Shown here piece after piece: positions 17,573-27,635 of a stretch of 64,000 nucleotides of DNA (position 1 is its first letter; each line of letters opens with the position of its first letter). Location of the stretch: assembly GCA_965117015.1 (NCBI GenBank), contig OZ220747.1, positions 649,812 to 713,811 of the forward strand, written 5' to 3'. A program made the position numbers and the translations under genes. The notes under the pieces are model-generated. The model made no database searches. It saw nothing but the letters and a program-made list of their open reading frames with translations, and was not told the origin of the DNA. Source of the DNA: Acidimicrobiales bacterium (GTDB lineage Bacteria; Actinomycetota; Acidimicrobiia; Acidimicrobiales; Aldehydirespiratoraceae).

Positions 17573-17618
17573 GGCCCTGGTCCTGTGGCCCGATCTCAGC
17601 TGCCCCCGGAGGGGAAGC

Positions 17619-20150
17619 CTAGAAGTGGCCCTCGCCGGCGGTCGGCTCCAGTTCGGGCTCGGGAGGCTCGAATCCCTCGATGGCGCGGAACACGATCACC
17701 AACTTGGCCTCTTCGAGCGGGTCGTCCTCCACGTCGACGATGACGATCTCGCCGGCCCGGAACTCCTTGTGCAGCAGCCGCTCCGACAGCGGATCCTCCA
17801 CCAGCCGCTGGATGGCCCGGCGCAGCGGCCGCGCCCCCAGCGTGGGGTCGTACCCGGTGGCGGCCAGGTGGTCCTTGGCCGCGTCGGTCAGCTCCAGGCC
17901 CATGCCCTGGCCGGCCAGCTGGTCGGCGGTGCGCACGATCATCAGGTCGACGATGCGGCGCACCTCCTCCTGGGTCAGCTCGTGGAACACGATCACGTCG
18001 TCGATCCGGTTGAGGAACTCGGGCCGGAAGTGCTGCTTGAGCGCCTCCTGCACCTTCGACTTCATCCGCTCGTAGGTGACCCGCTCGTCGGCCTTGGTGA
18101 AGCCCAGGTTGGCCTTGCGCAGATCGGCGGTGCCCAGGTTGGACGTCATGATCAGCACCGTGTTGCGGAAGTCCACCGAACGGCCGTGGCTGTCGGTCAG
18201 CCGGCCCTCCTCGAGGATCTGCAGCAGGGTGTTGAACACGTCGGGGTGGGCCTTCTCGATCTCGTCGAACAGCACCACCGAGAACGGCTTGCGCCGCACC
18301 CGCTCGGTGAGCTGGCCGCCCTCCTCGTAGCCCACGTATCCCGGCGGCGAGCCGATCAGGCGGCTGACCGTGTGCTTCTGCATGTACTCGGACATGTCCA
18401 GGGCGATGAGGGAGTCCTCGTTGCCGAACAGGAACTCGGCCAGGGTCTTGGCCAGCTCGGTCTTGCCCACGCCCGAGGGGCCCAGGAAGATGAAGGAGCC
18501 GCTCGGCCGCTTGGGGTCCTTGAGGCCGGCGCGGGTGCGGCGGATGGCCTGCGAGACGGCGGAGATGGCGTCGTGCTGGGACACCACCCGCTTGTGCATC
18601 TCGTCCTCCATGCGCAGCAGCTTCTTGGTCTCCTCCTCGGTGAGCTTGTAGACCGGGATGCCGGTCCACAGCGACAGCACCTCGGCGATGGCCTCCTCGT
18701 CGACCTCGTCGAAGAGGTCGACGCCGGACGCCTTGGCCTCGCCCTCGAGGGTTTCGCGGCGGGCCAGGAGCTCCTTCTCCTTGTCGCGCAGCTCGCCGGC
18801 GTCCTCGAAGCGCTGGGCGTCCACCGCGTCCTTCTTGCGAGAGATCACATCGGCCAACTCGGCCTCGAGCTCCTTGAACTGCGGCGGGGTGGACATGCGC
18901 TTCATGCGCAGGCGCGACCCGGCCTCGTCGATCAGGTCGATGGCCTTGTCGGGCAGGTGCCGGTCGGAGATGTAGCGGTCGGCGAGGTTGGCCGCGGCCA
19001 CCAACGCCTGGTCGGTGATGGTGACCCGGTGATGGGACTCGTAGCGGTCGCGCAGGCCCTTGAGGATCTCGATGGTGTGGGCCACAGTCGGCTCGTCCAC
19101 GACCACCTTCTGGAAGCGGCGCTCCAGCGCGGCGTCCTTCTCCAGGTGCTTGCGGTACTCGTCGAGGGTGGTGGCCCCGATCGTCTGGAGCTCGCCCCGG
19201 GCCAGCATGGGCTTGAGGATCGAGGCCGCGTCGATGGCCCCCTCGGCCGCGCCCGCGCCGACGAGGGTGTGGATCTCGTCGATGAACAGGATGATGTCGC
19301 CCCGGCTCTGTATCTCCTTGAGGACCTTCTTGAGCCTCTCCTCGAAGTCGCCCCGGTAGCGGCTGCCCGCCACCAGCGCGCCCAGGTCGAGGGTGTAGAG
19401 CTGGCGGTCGCGCAGGGTCTCGGGCACGTCGTCGGAGGCGATGGACTGGGCCAGACCCTCCACGATGGCGGTCTTGCCCACACCCGGCTCGCCCACCAGC
19501 ACCGGGTTGTTCTTGGTGCGCCTCGACAGGATCTGCATGACCCGCTCGGATTCCCGGCCCCGGCCGATCACCGGGTCGAGAGCCTTGTCGCGGGCAAGCT
19601 GGGTGAGGTTCCGGCCGAACTGGTCGAGCACGTGCGAGCCCGAGGACGACTCGCCGCTGCCCCCGCCGGTGGTGGCGCCGGGCTTGTCGCCCGAGGCCGA
19701 TCCCGAGACCCCGCCGTAGGCAGACAGCAGCTGGATGACCTGCTCGCGCACCCGCGCCAGGTCGGCACCCAGCTTCACCAGGACCTGCGCGGCGACACCC
19801 TCGCCCTCGCGGATCAACCCGAGAAGGATGTGCTCGGTTCCGATGTAGTTGTGGCCGAGTTGCAGCGCCTCGCGCAGGCTCAGCTCGAGGACCTTCTTGG
19901 CCCGGGGTGTGAACGGGATGTGGCCGCTGGGCGAGCTGCCGCCCTGGCCGATGATCTCCTCGACCTGGCCCCGCACCGACTCGAGGCTGATGCCGAGGGA
20001 CTCCAGCGCCTTGGCCGCGACCCCTTCGCCCTCGTGGATGAGGCCGAGAAGGATGTGCTCGGTGCCGATGTAGTTGTGGTTGAGGAGGCGCGCCTCTTCC
20101 TGGGCCAGAACCACGACGCGACGGGCCCTGTCGGTGAACCGCTCAAACAT
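17619..20150 (-). CDS. clpC1: ATP-dependent Clp protease ATP-binding subunit ClpC1
   Basis: [21 protein letters not shown], duplicated Clp-N repeats and two AAA+ modules ([18 protein letters not shown]). I prefer the ATG at 20150 (GGAGG 8 nt upstream) to the one at 20159. Confidence 0.95.
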   Translation of the reverse strand: MFERFTDRARRVVVLAQEEARLLNHNYIGTEHILLGLIHEGEGVAAKALESLGISLESVRGQVEEIIGQGGSSPSGHIPFTPRAKKVLELSLREALQLGHNYIGTEHILLGLIREGEGVAAQVLVKLGADLARVREQVIQLLSAYGGVSGSASGDKPGATTGGGSGESSSGSHVLDQFGRNLTQLARDKALDPVIGRGRESERVMQILSRRTKNNPVLVGEPGVGKTAIVEGLAQSIASDDVPETLRDRQLYTLDLGALVAGSRYRGDFEERLKKVLKEIQSRGDIILFIDEIHTLVGAGAAEGAIDAASILKPMLARGELQTIGATTLDEYRKHLEKDAALERRFQKVVVDEPTVAHTIEILKGLRDRYESHHRVTITDQALVAAANLADRYISDRHLPDKAIDLIDEAGSRLRMKRMSTPPQFKELEAELADVISRKKDAVDAQRFEDAGELRDKEKELLARRETLEGEAKASGVDLFDEVDEEAIAEVLSLWTGIPVYKLTEEETKKLLRMEDEMHKRVVSQHDAISAVSQAIRRTRAGLKDPKRPSGSFIFLGPSGVGKTELAKTLAEFLFGNEDSLIALDMSEYMQKHTVSRLIGSPPGYVGYEEGGQLTERVRRKPFSVVLFDEIEKAHPDVFNTLLQILEEGRLTDSHGRSVDFRNTVLIMTSNLGTADLRKANLGFTKADERVTYERMKSKVQEALKQHFRPEFLNRIDDVIVFHELTQEEVRRIVDLMIVRTADQLAGQGMGLELTDAAKDHLAATGYDPTLGARPLRRAIQRLVEDPLSERLLHKEFRAGEIVIVDVEDDPLEEAKLVIVFRAIEGFEPPEPELEPTAGEGHF

Positions 20151-20296
20151 CGCATACACCTCCCGGCCCGATGGGCTGCCTCATGGCGGTCAGTGTAACC
20201 CGACCCCGTGACAGGAGTTGCGTCGCACGGGCGGTCCAGACCGTGACATTGGCCACGCCGCGCCCGCCGTCGCGCGGTCCCCATTACCCTCGCGAC

Positions 20297-21289
20297 GTGG
20301 CCAGCACCTCGCCCTTCGCCCTGCTGCCGTGCCTGGAGGACGACCTGCGGCGCGTCGAGGAGGAGCTGCTGAGGGCGGCCACAGCCCCCGACGACTTCGT
20401 TACCGAGCTGGCCCAGCATCTGATCGCGGTCGGCGGGAAGCTGGTCCGGCCCGGCTTCTGCCTCGCCTCGTCGCTGGTGTGCGACGCCGCGCCGACCCGA
20501 TCGTCCGACGCCGCGGTACGGGGCGGCGCCTCCGTCGAGCTGGTCCACATCGGCTCGCTCTACCACGACGACGTCATGGACGAGGCCACCACCCGGCGCT
20601 CGGTGACCAGCGTCAACGCACAGTGGGGCAACCTGCGGGCCATCCTGGCCGGCGACTACCTGCTGGGGCGGGCCTCCGCCATGGCGGCCTCGCTCGGGGC
20701 CGAGGTCGCCGAGTTGCTGGCCGAGGCGATCACCCAGCTATGCGAGGGCCAGATCATCGAACTCGAGAACGCCTACGACACCGAGCGCAACGAGCAGCGC
20801 TACGAGAAGGCGGTATCGGGCAAGACCGCCGCGCTGCTGTCCATCGCCTGCCGGATCGGGGCCACGGTCGGCGACGTGCCGCGGACCGTGGTGGAGGCGC
20901 TCGGAGAGTTCGGCTTCTCCTACGGCATGGCCTTCCAGATCGTCGACGACATCCTGGACCTGGTGGCCACCGAGTCGCAGCTGGGCAAACCGACCGGCAA
21001 TGACCTGGCCGAGGGCACTTACACGCTTCCGGTCATCCGGGCGCTGGCCGACCCGGAGGTGGCCGACGAGCTGCGCTCGATCCTCGGTGGCCCCGTCGAC
21101 GCCGCGGCCCGCGACCGGGCCGCCGAGCTGGTCCGGTCCACCCGCGGTGTGGACGAGGCCCGCGACACCGCCCGCATGTGGGCCGACAAGGCCCAGGCCG
21201 CGCTCACGTCGCTGCCCGACACCCCCGCCACCGCCGTGCTGCGCCTGGCCGCCGACCGCCTGACCGAGACCCCCGCCCTCGCCGGCTAG
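20297..21289 (+). CDS. trans-Polyprenyl diphosphate synthase
   Basis: Two Asp-rich motifs, LYHDDVMDE and FQIVDDILD. GTG start chosen at 20297. It is divergent from clpC1. Confidence 0.8.
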   Translation: MASTSPFALLPCLEDDLRRVEEELLRAATAPDDFVTELAQHLIAVGGKLVRPGFCLASSLVCDAAPTRSSDAAVRGGASVELVHIGSLYHDDVMDEATTRRSVTSVNAQWGNLRAILAGDYLLGRASAMAASLGAEVAELLAEAITQLCEGQIIELENAYDTERNEQRYEKAVSGKTAALLSIACRIGATVGDVPRTVVEALGEFGFSYGMAFQIVDDILDLVATESQLGKPTGNDLAEGTYTLPVIRALADPEVADELRSILGGPVDAAARDRAAELVRSTRGVDEARDTARMWADKAQAALTSLPDTPATAVLRLAADRLTETPALAG

Positions 21290-21296
21290 CGCCGTC

Positions 21297-22712
21297 TCAC
21301 GTTGCGGGGTCGGGACGCAAGGTCGGGAACAGGACGGCGTCACGGATCGCCTGGGTGTCGGTGAGAAGCATCACCAGGCGGTCGACACCGATGCCCAGGC
21401 CGCCGGTGGGGGGCAGCCCGTAGTCCAGGGCCCGCAGGTAGTCCTCGTCCACCACCATGGCCTCCTCGTCGCCGGCGGCCCGCAGCGCGGCCTGGGCCTC
21501 GAAGCGGGACCGCTGCTCCACCGGGTCGACCAGCTCGGTGAACGCGTTGCACAGCTCGCGGCCGGCCACGATCCCCTCGAAGCGCTCGACGTAGCCGGGG
21601 CGGCTGCGGTGCCGGCGCGACAACGGCGACACCTCGGCCGGGTAGTCGGTCACGAACACCGGTCCCCACAGGTGGGGCTCGGCCGCCTTCTCGTAGATCT
21701 CCAGCAGCAGCTTGCCCGCACCCCAGCCGTCCTCGGTGGCGATGCCGAGACTGTCGCATCGGGCGGCCAGCTCCGGCCGCGGTGTGTCGAGGCTCACCAC
21801 GGCGTCGGTGTGCTCTGCGATCACCTCGTCCATGGTGGCCCGGCGCCAGGGCGGGGCCAGGTCCAGCTCGCGGCCGTCGTAGGTCAGCGTGGTCGAGCCG
21901 CACACCTCGGCCGCCACGCCGGCCACCAGGTTCTCGGTCAGCTCCATGATGTCGGTGTGGTCGGCGTAGGCCCAGTACAGCTCGAGCATCGTGAACTCGG
22001 GATTGTGGCGGGTGGAGATCCCCTCGTTGCGGAACACCCTGCCGATCTCGTAGACCCGCTCCATGCCCCCCACCACCAGCCGCTTGAGGTACAGCTCGGG
22101 GGCGACCCTCAGGTACAGGTCGGCGTGCAGAGCCTCGTGATGGGTGACGAAGGGACGGGCCGCGGCTCCCCCCGGGATGGGGTGCAGCATCGGGGTCTCG
22201 ACCTCTACGAAGCCCTGCTCATCGAGGCGGCGCCTCAGCCCGGCCAGGATCTGCGAGCGGCGGGCGAAGGCGTCCCGGGCGTCGTCGCTCACCCACAGGT
22301 CCACGTAGCGCTGGCGGTAGCGGGTGTCGGGGTCGGTGAGGCCGTGCCACTTGTCGGGGAACGGCCGTCCCGCCCGGGCCAGCAGGACCCACTCGTCGAC
22401 GCGCACCGACAGCTCGCCCCGGCGGGTGGCCATTACCGCGCCCCGCACTCCGATCCAGTCCCCGATGGACAGGGCCGTGAACCGCCCGAACTCCGGGGAG
22501 GCCGCGGCGGTGGCGAACAGCTGGATGCGGCCGGTGGCGTCCTGCAACGTCCCGAAGGCGAGCCGACCCTGGTCGCGGCGCAGCATGAGCCGGCCGGCCA
22601 CCGACACCACCGTGTCTGTCTCGACGCCGGCTTCGAGGCTCCCGAACGCCTCGGTGATGTCGCCCACTGCGTGGCTCCGCTCGAAGCGGTACGGGACGTC
22701 GCCGTCGCTCAT
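21297..22712 (-). CDS. lysS: Lysine--tRNA ligase (class II)
   Basis: OB-fold N-terminus followed by a class II core ([10 protein letters not shown]...[30 protein letters not shown]...[13 protein letters not shown]). Confidence 0.9.
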   Translation of the reverse strand: MSDGDVPYRFERSHAVGDITEAFGSLEAGVETDTVVSVAGRLMLRRDQGRLAFGTLQDATGRIQLFATAAASPEFGRFTALSIGDWIGVRGAVMATRRGELSVRVDEWVLLARAGRPFPDKWHGLTDPDTRYRQRYVDLWVSDDARDAFARRSQILAGLRRRLDEQGFVEVETPMLHPIPGGAAARPFVTHHEALHADLYLRVAPELYLKRLVVGGMERVYEIGRVFRNEGISTRHNPEFTMLELYWAYADHTDIMELTENLVAGVAAEVCGSTTLTYDGRELDLAPPWRRATMDEVIAEHTDAVVSLDTPRPELAARCDSLGIATEDGWGAGKLLLEIYEKAAEPHLWGPVFVTDYPAEVSPLSRRHRSRPGYVERFEGIVAGRELCNAFTELVDPVEQRSRFEAQAALRAAGDEEAMVVDEDYLRALDYGLPPTGGLGIGVDRLVMLLTDTQAIRDAVLFPTLRPDPAT

Positions 22713-23503
22713 CGGTCCTGGTTGCGCTCGTAGACGATGCGCAGGCCGTGCAGGGTCAGGAACGGCTCGACGTGCTCGATCGTCTGCGAGATGGGGGCGA
22801 TCACATGGGCCAGGCCGCCGGTGGCGACGACGTTGGCCTCGCCCAAGTCGGCCAGGAAGCGGGCGTTCATGCCATCGATCATGCCAGTGAACCCGTACAG
22901 GGCGCCGGACTGGATCGACTCGACGGTGGTCTTGCCGATCACGCTGCGGGGCTCGACCAGCTCGACCGCGCCGAGGGCGGCGGCCCGGCCGATGAGCGCA
23001 TCCAGGCTGATCTCGATGCCCGGTGCGATGGCGCCTCCCAGGAACGCTCCGTCGGCCGATATGACGTCGAAGTTGTTGCCGGTGCCGAAGTCGACCACGA
23101 TGGTGGGGCCGCCGTAGAGGTCATAGGCCGCCACTGCGTTGGCGATCCGGTCGGCGCCGACCTCCTTGGGGTTGTCGTAGTGGATCGGCATGCCGGTCTT
23201 GACGCCCGGCCCGACCACCACGGGCATGAATCCGAGCTGGCGCCGCACCATCTCCCGCAGGCCTGCGAGCAGTCGAGGCACGCCCGAGCAGATGGACACT
23301 CCGGTGACATCGTCGTCGAAGTCGATGTCGATCACATCGAGCAGCGACCTGATCACCACGCCGAGCTCATCGGCGGTGCGGCTCGGGTCGGTGGAAAGCC
23401 TCCAGTGGTCGACCAGCCCGTCCGCCGCCGCCGAACCATGGACCGCGGGGTCGTAGATGCCGACGACGGTCTGGGTGTTGCCGACGTCGATAGCAAGCAG
23501 CAC
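22709..23503 (-). CDS. coaX: Type III pantothenate kinase
   Basis: [17 protein letters not shown]...[11 protein letters not shown], typical of CoaX. 4-bp overlap with lysS. Confidence 0.9.
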   Translation of the reverse strand: MLLAIDVGNTQTVVGIYDPAVHGSAAADGLVDHWRLSTDPSRTADELGVVIRSLLDVIDIDFDDDVTGVSICSGVPRLLAGLREMVRRQLGFMPVVVGPGVKTGMPIHYDNPKEVGADRIANAVAAYDLYGGPTIVVDFGTGNNFDVISADGAFLGGAIAPGIEISLDALIGRAAALGAVELVEPRSVIGKTTVESIQSGALYGFTGMIDGMNARFLADLGEANVVATGGLAHVIAPISQTIEHVEPFLTLHGLRIVYERNQDR

Positions 23504-23522
23504 CGCCGCAGGATACGGCGGA

Positions 23523-24392
23523 TCAGGCCGTGCGGCAGCCGATGTTGTCTATCAGGCGGGCCTTGCCGAACCGGACGGCCACCAGCAGCCGCACATCGCC
23601 TCGCAACGGCCCGTCCGCGGTGAGGGTGGACGCCGACACCGCCGCGGTGTAGTCGATCTCCGCCAGCGGTGCGGTGGCGATCACCGAGGCCATCTCGGCC
23701 TCCACCGCCTCCGGGTCGGTCTCCCCCGACCGCACCAGGGCCGCTCCGGCCTCGAGGGCGCGGCGCAGCACCGGAGCCTGGCTGCGCTCTGCCTCGCTCA
23801 AGTAGGCGTTCCGGCTGGAGAGGGCGAGCCCGTCAGGCTCCCGCACGGTGGCGCAGCCCACCACCCGCACCGGCAGTGACAGGTCCGCGGCCATGCGGCT
23901 CACGATCGTGAGCTGCTGGAAGTCCTTCTCGCCGAAGTACGCCGAGCACTCGCCCACGATCGAGAACAGCTTGGCCACGACGGTGGCGACCCCGTCGAAG
24001 TGGCCGGGGCGGGAGGCGCCGCACAGCACATCGGCAAGCGTTCCCAGGCGCACGGTGGTCGCCACCGGCTCTGGGTACATCTCCTGCCCCTCGGGAACGA
24101 ACACGATGTCGGCACCGGCTTTCGCGCACATCTCGAGATCGCGGTCCAGGTCCCGGGGATAGTCGTCGAAGTCCTCGCCCGGATTGAACTGCAGGGGGTT
24201 GACGAAGATCGACACCACCACTACGTCGTTCTCGGCCCGGGCCCGCTCGACCAGGGAGCAGTGCCCGGCGTGCAGGAATCCCATCGTGGGGACGAACCCG
24301 ACGGTGCGGCCCGCCGCTCGGGCGTCGGCGAGCCGGGCGCGCAGACCGCGGATCGTGGCCTGGCATTCGGGAGCGGGGCGACCGCTGCTCAT
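23523..24392 (-). CDS. panC: Pantoate--beta-alanine ligase
   Basis: VGFVPTMGFLHAGHCSLV...VVVSIFVNPLQF motifs. Confidence 0.9.
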   Translation of the reverse strand: MSSGRPAPECQATIRGLRARLADARAAGRTVGFVPTMGFLHAGHCSLVERARAENDVVVVSIFVNPLQFNPGEDFDDYPRDLDRDLEMCAKAGADIVFVPEGQEMYPEPVATTVRLGTLADVLCGASRPGHFDGVATVVAKLFSIVGECSAYFGEKDFQQLTIVSRMAADLSLPVRVVGCATVREPDGLALSSRNAYLSEAERSQAPVLRRALEAGAALVRSGETDPEAVEAEMASVIATAPLAEIDYTAAVSASTLTADGPLRGDVRLLVAVRFGKARLIDNIGCRTA

Positions 24393-25111
24393 GCCTGGTC
24401 TGCGAGGCGGCGGGCCTGCACCGACAGCGCCTCGTAGGCGGCCCGCTCGTCCGGATCGATGGCCCCCAGGTGCCGCCGGATCGTGCCGGTGTCGCCGCGG
24501 GCGGCGGGGCCGGTCAGAGCTGCGGCCGGGCCGAGCTCGTCGACGTTGTCGACGGTGGCCCGAACCAGGTCGATGAAGGCGGCGAAAGGCACTCCCGCGT
24601 CAGCCGCGATGCGCTCGGCCTGTCCAAGCAGCGCCACCAGATGGTTGGAGGCGACCACGGCGGCGGCGTGATAGGCGGCCCGGTCCGCGTCGGCCACCTC
24701 GAAGGCCCGGCCACCGAGATCGGCCACCGCCTGCCGTACCAGCGGATCACCCGCCACCGCGAACCATGCACCGGAGAGCAGGCGCCGGGCGCCGACGGCG
24801 GCATCCGGCAGGGCCACCAAGGGATGCAGGGCCGCAGGCCGGGGGTGCATGGCGACCGCGTCGAGGCCGAGCGACCCGGCCAGATGGGCCACCACGGCGG
24901 TCGCGGAGGGCTCGATGGCGGCGGCCACGTCCGGCACCGCGCCGTCGGGCGTGGCGATCAGCACCAGGTCGACATCGACCCCAGCGCCGGCCACCTCAGT
25001 GGCGGTCGCCGACCGGCCCAGGACTTCACGGACCCTCCAGCCGACCTCGGACAGGGCCGCGGCCATGGCGCCGCCGGCCCGCCCATTCCCGATGATGCGG
25101 ACCGATGGCAC
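24389..25111 (-). CDS. Rossmann-like oxidoreductase with a DUF2520-type C-terminal domain
   Basis: N-terminal IIGNGRAGGAMAAAL dinucleotide fold. It sits between folK and panC, as in other actinobacteria. 4-bp overlap with panC. Confidence 0.55.
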   Translation of the reverse strand: MPSVRIIGNGRAGGAMAAALSEVGWRVREVLGRSATATEVAGAGVDVDLVLIATPDGAVPDVAAAIEPSATAVVAHLAGSLGLDAVAMHPRPAALHPLVALPDAAVGARRLLSGAWFAVAGDPLVRQAVADLGGRAFEVADADRAAYHAAAVVASNHLVALLGQAERIAADAGVPFAAFIDLVRATVDNVDELGPAAALTGPAARGDTGTIRRHLGAIDPDERAAYEALSVQARRLADQA

Positions 25112-25113
25112 CG

Positions 25114-25596
25114 CTAGAGGTCCAGAGGCCCGAGGCCTATCACGCCGTCGGCGGCCCAGGGCTCGTAGCCGTCGGGCAGCAGGTCGGCACCCACGTCGGC
25201 CAGAGGCACCAGCACGAAGTCCCGCTCGTACATACGGGGATGCGGTACTACGAGGTCAGGGGCATCCACCCGCTCGCCGTCGATCCACAGCAAGTCTGCG
25301 TCAAGCGTGCGGGGCCCCCAGCGCACCACCCGGACCCGGCCCGCCTCCAGTTCCCTCGCTCGGCACTGCGCCAGCAAGTCATGGGCGCCGGCCGCGGTCC
25401 GGAGCCTCACCACCATGTTGAGGTAGGCACCCTGCTCGGGACCGCCCACCGGCTTGGTCTCATACACGTCGGAGATCCCGTCGACGCCGTCGAAGCCGTC
25501 CACCGCGCCTCGCAGGTAGGCCATCCGGTCGCCCAGGTTGGACCCCAGCGCCACGAACACTCTCCGGGTCGGCCCGGGACGATCGGGTGCGGTCAT
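25114..25596 (-). CDS. folK: 2-amino-4-hydroxy-6-hydroxymethyldihydropteridine diphosphokinase (HPPK)
   Basis: VFVALGSNLGDR...GPRTLDADLL...PHPRMYERDFVLVPL. Confidence 0.85.
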   Translation of the reverse strand: MTAPDRPGPTRRVFVALGSNLGDRMAYLRGAVDGFDGVDGISDVYETKPVGGPEQGAYLNMVVRLRTAAGAHDLLAQCRARELEAGRVRVVRWGPRTLDADLLWIDGERVDAPDLVVPHPRMYERDFVLVPLADVGADLLPDGYEPWAADGVIGLGPLDL

Positions 25597-26096
25597 GAGG
25601 CGGGCTTGAGCTGTTGGGCCATCGACACGATCTCCCTAGCCATGGGACCCAGCTCGCGCTCCAGCAGCCGTTCGGCGATGGTGATGGCCTCGGGGCCGGT
25701 ATCGACCAGACCCGACCACAGCAGGTAGCCCGCCACCACACCCGACACCCGGTCTCCGATGGAATCGTGGTGGAGCACCACCCGCTGGTCGGTCGAGCGG
25801 TCCCGGATCGTGGTCAGGATCTGCTCGAGACGCTCGACGCCGTCGCCGGGCTCCGAGAAGGGCAGGTGGGCATAGGCCAGCCCGTGCTCGTCGTAGTCGT
25901 GGAGGTTGTAGGGAATCGACGTGATGCTCACGATCAGGCCGATCTCGTTGCGGCTCAGCCAGATGATCTCCTCGAGGCGCCGCACCCGCCGGTGGCCGAC
26001 GCCATAGCCGCCGGGCCGCTCGCACACCCCGAAGCGGTCGGTGATGATCCACCGGAAGCCCCGAGGTTCGATCCCTTCCGACCATTTGCTGCTCAT
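25593..26096 (-). CDS. PTP/dual-specificity-phosphatase-fold protein with a Cys-to-His substitution in the CX5R loop (HX5R)
   Basis: ATG at 26096 overlaps the hpt stop (ATGA), and its own stop overlaps the folK start. The P-loop-like VVLHHDSIGDRVSGVVAGYLLW aligns to VxxHCxxGxxRS.....YL. Confidence 0.45.
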   Translation of the reverse strand: MSSKWSEGIEPRGFRWIITDRFGVCERPGGYGVGHRRVRRLEEIIWLSRNEIGLIVSITSIPYNLHDYDEHGLAYAHLPFSEPGDGVERLEQILTTIRDRSTDQRVVLHHDSIGDRVSGVVAGYLLWSGLVDTGPEAITIAERLLERELGPMAREIVSMAQQLKPAS

Positions 26097-26662
26097 GCGT
26101 CGTCCAGATCGAAGAGATGCACCGAGGGAAGCTCCCGGTAGCGCTCGCCCACGTCCAGCCCGTAACCCACCAGCCAGTCGGCCGGGACGGAGAATCCGAC
26201 GTAGCGGATGCCCTCGGTGCGGGCGTCCTCCCGCACGAGCAGGGCGCACATCTCGAAGCTGGCCGGACGCCTGGCCTTCAGCAACTCGGCCAGGTAGTCG
26301 GTGGTGAGGCCGGAGTCGACGATGTCCTCCACCAGCACGACGTGACGGTCCCGCACGTCGGTGTCGAGGTCCTTGATGATGCGGACCACTCCGCTGGACT
26401 CGGTGCTGAGCCCGTAGGACGACACGGCCATGAAGTCGATCTCGACCGGTAGGTCGATGGCCCGGGCCAGGTCGCTCATGAACACGAAGGCGCCCTTGAG
26501 AACACCGACCAGCAACGGGGGGCGGCCCTGGTAGTCGGCGGTGATCTCGGCACCGATCGCCTCCACGCGGGCTCGCAGCTCCTCGGGAGTGATGATGGCG
26601 CGCCCGACCGATCCCGGCGGCTTCGGCATCTGCGCCGCGGGCTGCTCGGGCGCCAAGCTCAC
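26093..26662 (-). CDS. hpt: Hypoxanthine phosphoribosyltransferase
   Basis: PRPP-binding motif HVVLVEDIVDSGLT and LLVGVLKGAFVFMSDL. Confidence 0.9.
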   Translation of the reverse strand: MSLAPEQPAAQMPKPPGSVGRAIITPEELRARVEAIGAEITADYQGRPPLLVGVLKGAFVFMSDLARAIDLPVEIDFMAVSSYGLSTESSGVVRIIKDLDTDVRDRHVVLVEDIVDSGLTTDYLAELLKARRPASFEMCALLVREDARTEGIRYVGFSVPADWLVGYGLDVGERYRELPSVHLFDLDDA

Positions 26663-26701
26663 CCAGGCACCATACCGGGCCGCGCGGGGGCCTCTACGGG
26701 G

Positions 26702-27628
26702 TCAATCCGGCGGTTGGTCCCGGCGTCGGGGCTCGATGCGGAGGCGGCCCGCGGTGCGGGCCACTCGATGACCTCCGGTTATCTCGGTGGCGACGCCGCG
26801 ACCCGCCGCCACGTCGAGCACCCGGTCGATCGAAGCCGCGGTGGGAGCCGAGCCCACAGTCTCAGCGATCCAGCGCCTCAGCGCCTCGGTCGCCACTGCC
26901 CTCGGCGCGGCCACCAGGGCGGCGGCGCTTGTGGGGTCCAGGCCCGCGGCCAGGTCGGCGATGACGTCCAGGGCCTGGGAGGCCAGGTCGGCATGGCGAT
27001 TCAGCAGGGGAACCGGATCGCGTCCGAGCGCCTTGGCCAGTGCAGGCATCACCTCGTTTCGTATGGCCACTCGGGCGAACGACAGGTCGTCGTTCATGGG
27101 GTCGTGCACACAGGCAAGACCGAGTTCCTCGCACAGGGCGTGGGTCTCGAAGCGGCGCAGTCCCAGCAGGGGCCGGCCGACCCCGGCGTGAGGCGCGGCC
27201 GCGCCGGCCAACCCTCCGCCCCGGCCGACGTTGAACAGCACGGTCTCGGCCCGGTCGTCGGCCGTGTGGCCGACCAGCACGTCGTCGGGCAGTGCCGCGT
27301 AGCGGGCGGCGCGCGCTCTCGCCTCCAGGTTGGGGCCGGAATCCACCTGCACACGGCGCAACTCGAAACCTGCGTCGAAGTGGTCTGCGATGGTTCGGGC
27401 CGCTTCGGCGTCGGCGCGCGCCGAGGGCCGCAGGCCGTGGTCCACGTGCCAGGCGGTGACCTCCAGCCCGGCTGCGGTCGCCAGCGCGACCAGTGCGGCG
27501 GAATCGGGGCCGCCCGACAGGCCGCAGGCCACGGAGGCGCCGGACGCCGGGAAGGTGCAGCGAGCCAGCAGAGAATCGATGCTCACACCGGGGTCCGCGT
27601 CGTCCGGTCTCCCGGTCATAGCGGGCAT
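26702..27628 (-). CDS. tilS: tRNA(Ile)-lysidine synthase
   Basis: PP-loop VACGLSGGPDSAALV. The hpt neighbour is conserved. Confidence 0.85.
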   Translation of the reverse strand: MPAMTGRPDDADPGVSIDSLLARCTFPASGASVACGLSGGPDSAALVALATAAGLEVTAWHVDHGLRPSARADAEAARTIADHFDAGFELRRVQVDSGPNLEARARAARYAALPDDVLVGHTADDRAETVLFNVGRGGGLAGAAAPHAGVGRPLLGLRRFETHALCEELGLACVHDPMNDDLSFARVAIRNEVMPALAKALGRDPVPLLNRHADLASQALDVIADLAAGLDPTSAAALVAAPRAVATEALRRWIAETVGSAPTAASIDRVLDVAAGRGVATEITGGHRVARTAGRLRIEPRRRDQPPD

Positions 27629-27635
27629 AGTCCCT

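Noticed and set aside
17571-20198. An 875-aa plus-strand ORF antisense to clpC1. Similar very long alternate-frame or antisense ORFs include 50066..52858 (930 aa), 52949..55081 (710 aa), 3060..4241, 4358..5407, 29889..31094 and 37600..39528.
   Set aside because: Their products are Arg/Gly/Pro/His-rich low-complexity strings with no motifs. Each fully overlaps a gene with clear family signatures on the other strand or frame. This is the typical stop-codon-poor artefact of ~70% GC DNA.
20160-20296. A ClgR/CtsR-type operator upstream of clpC1.
   Set aside because: I found only weak partial dyads (for example cgtcgcacgggcgg). Nothing matches the consensus I remember well enough to report.
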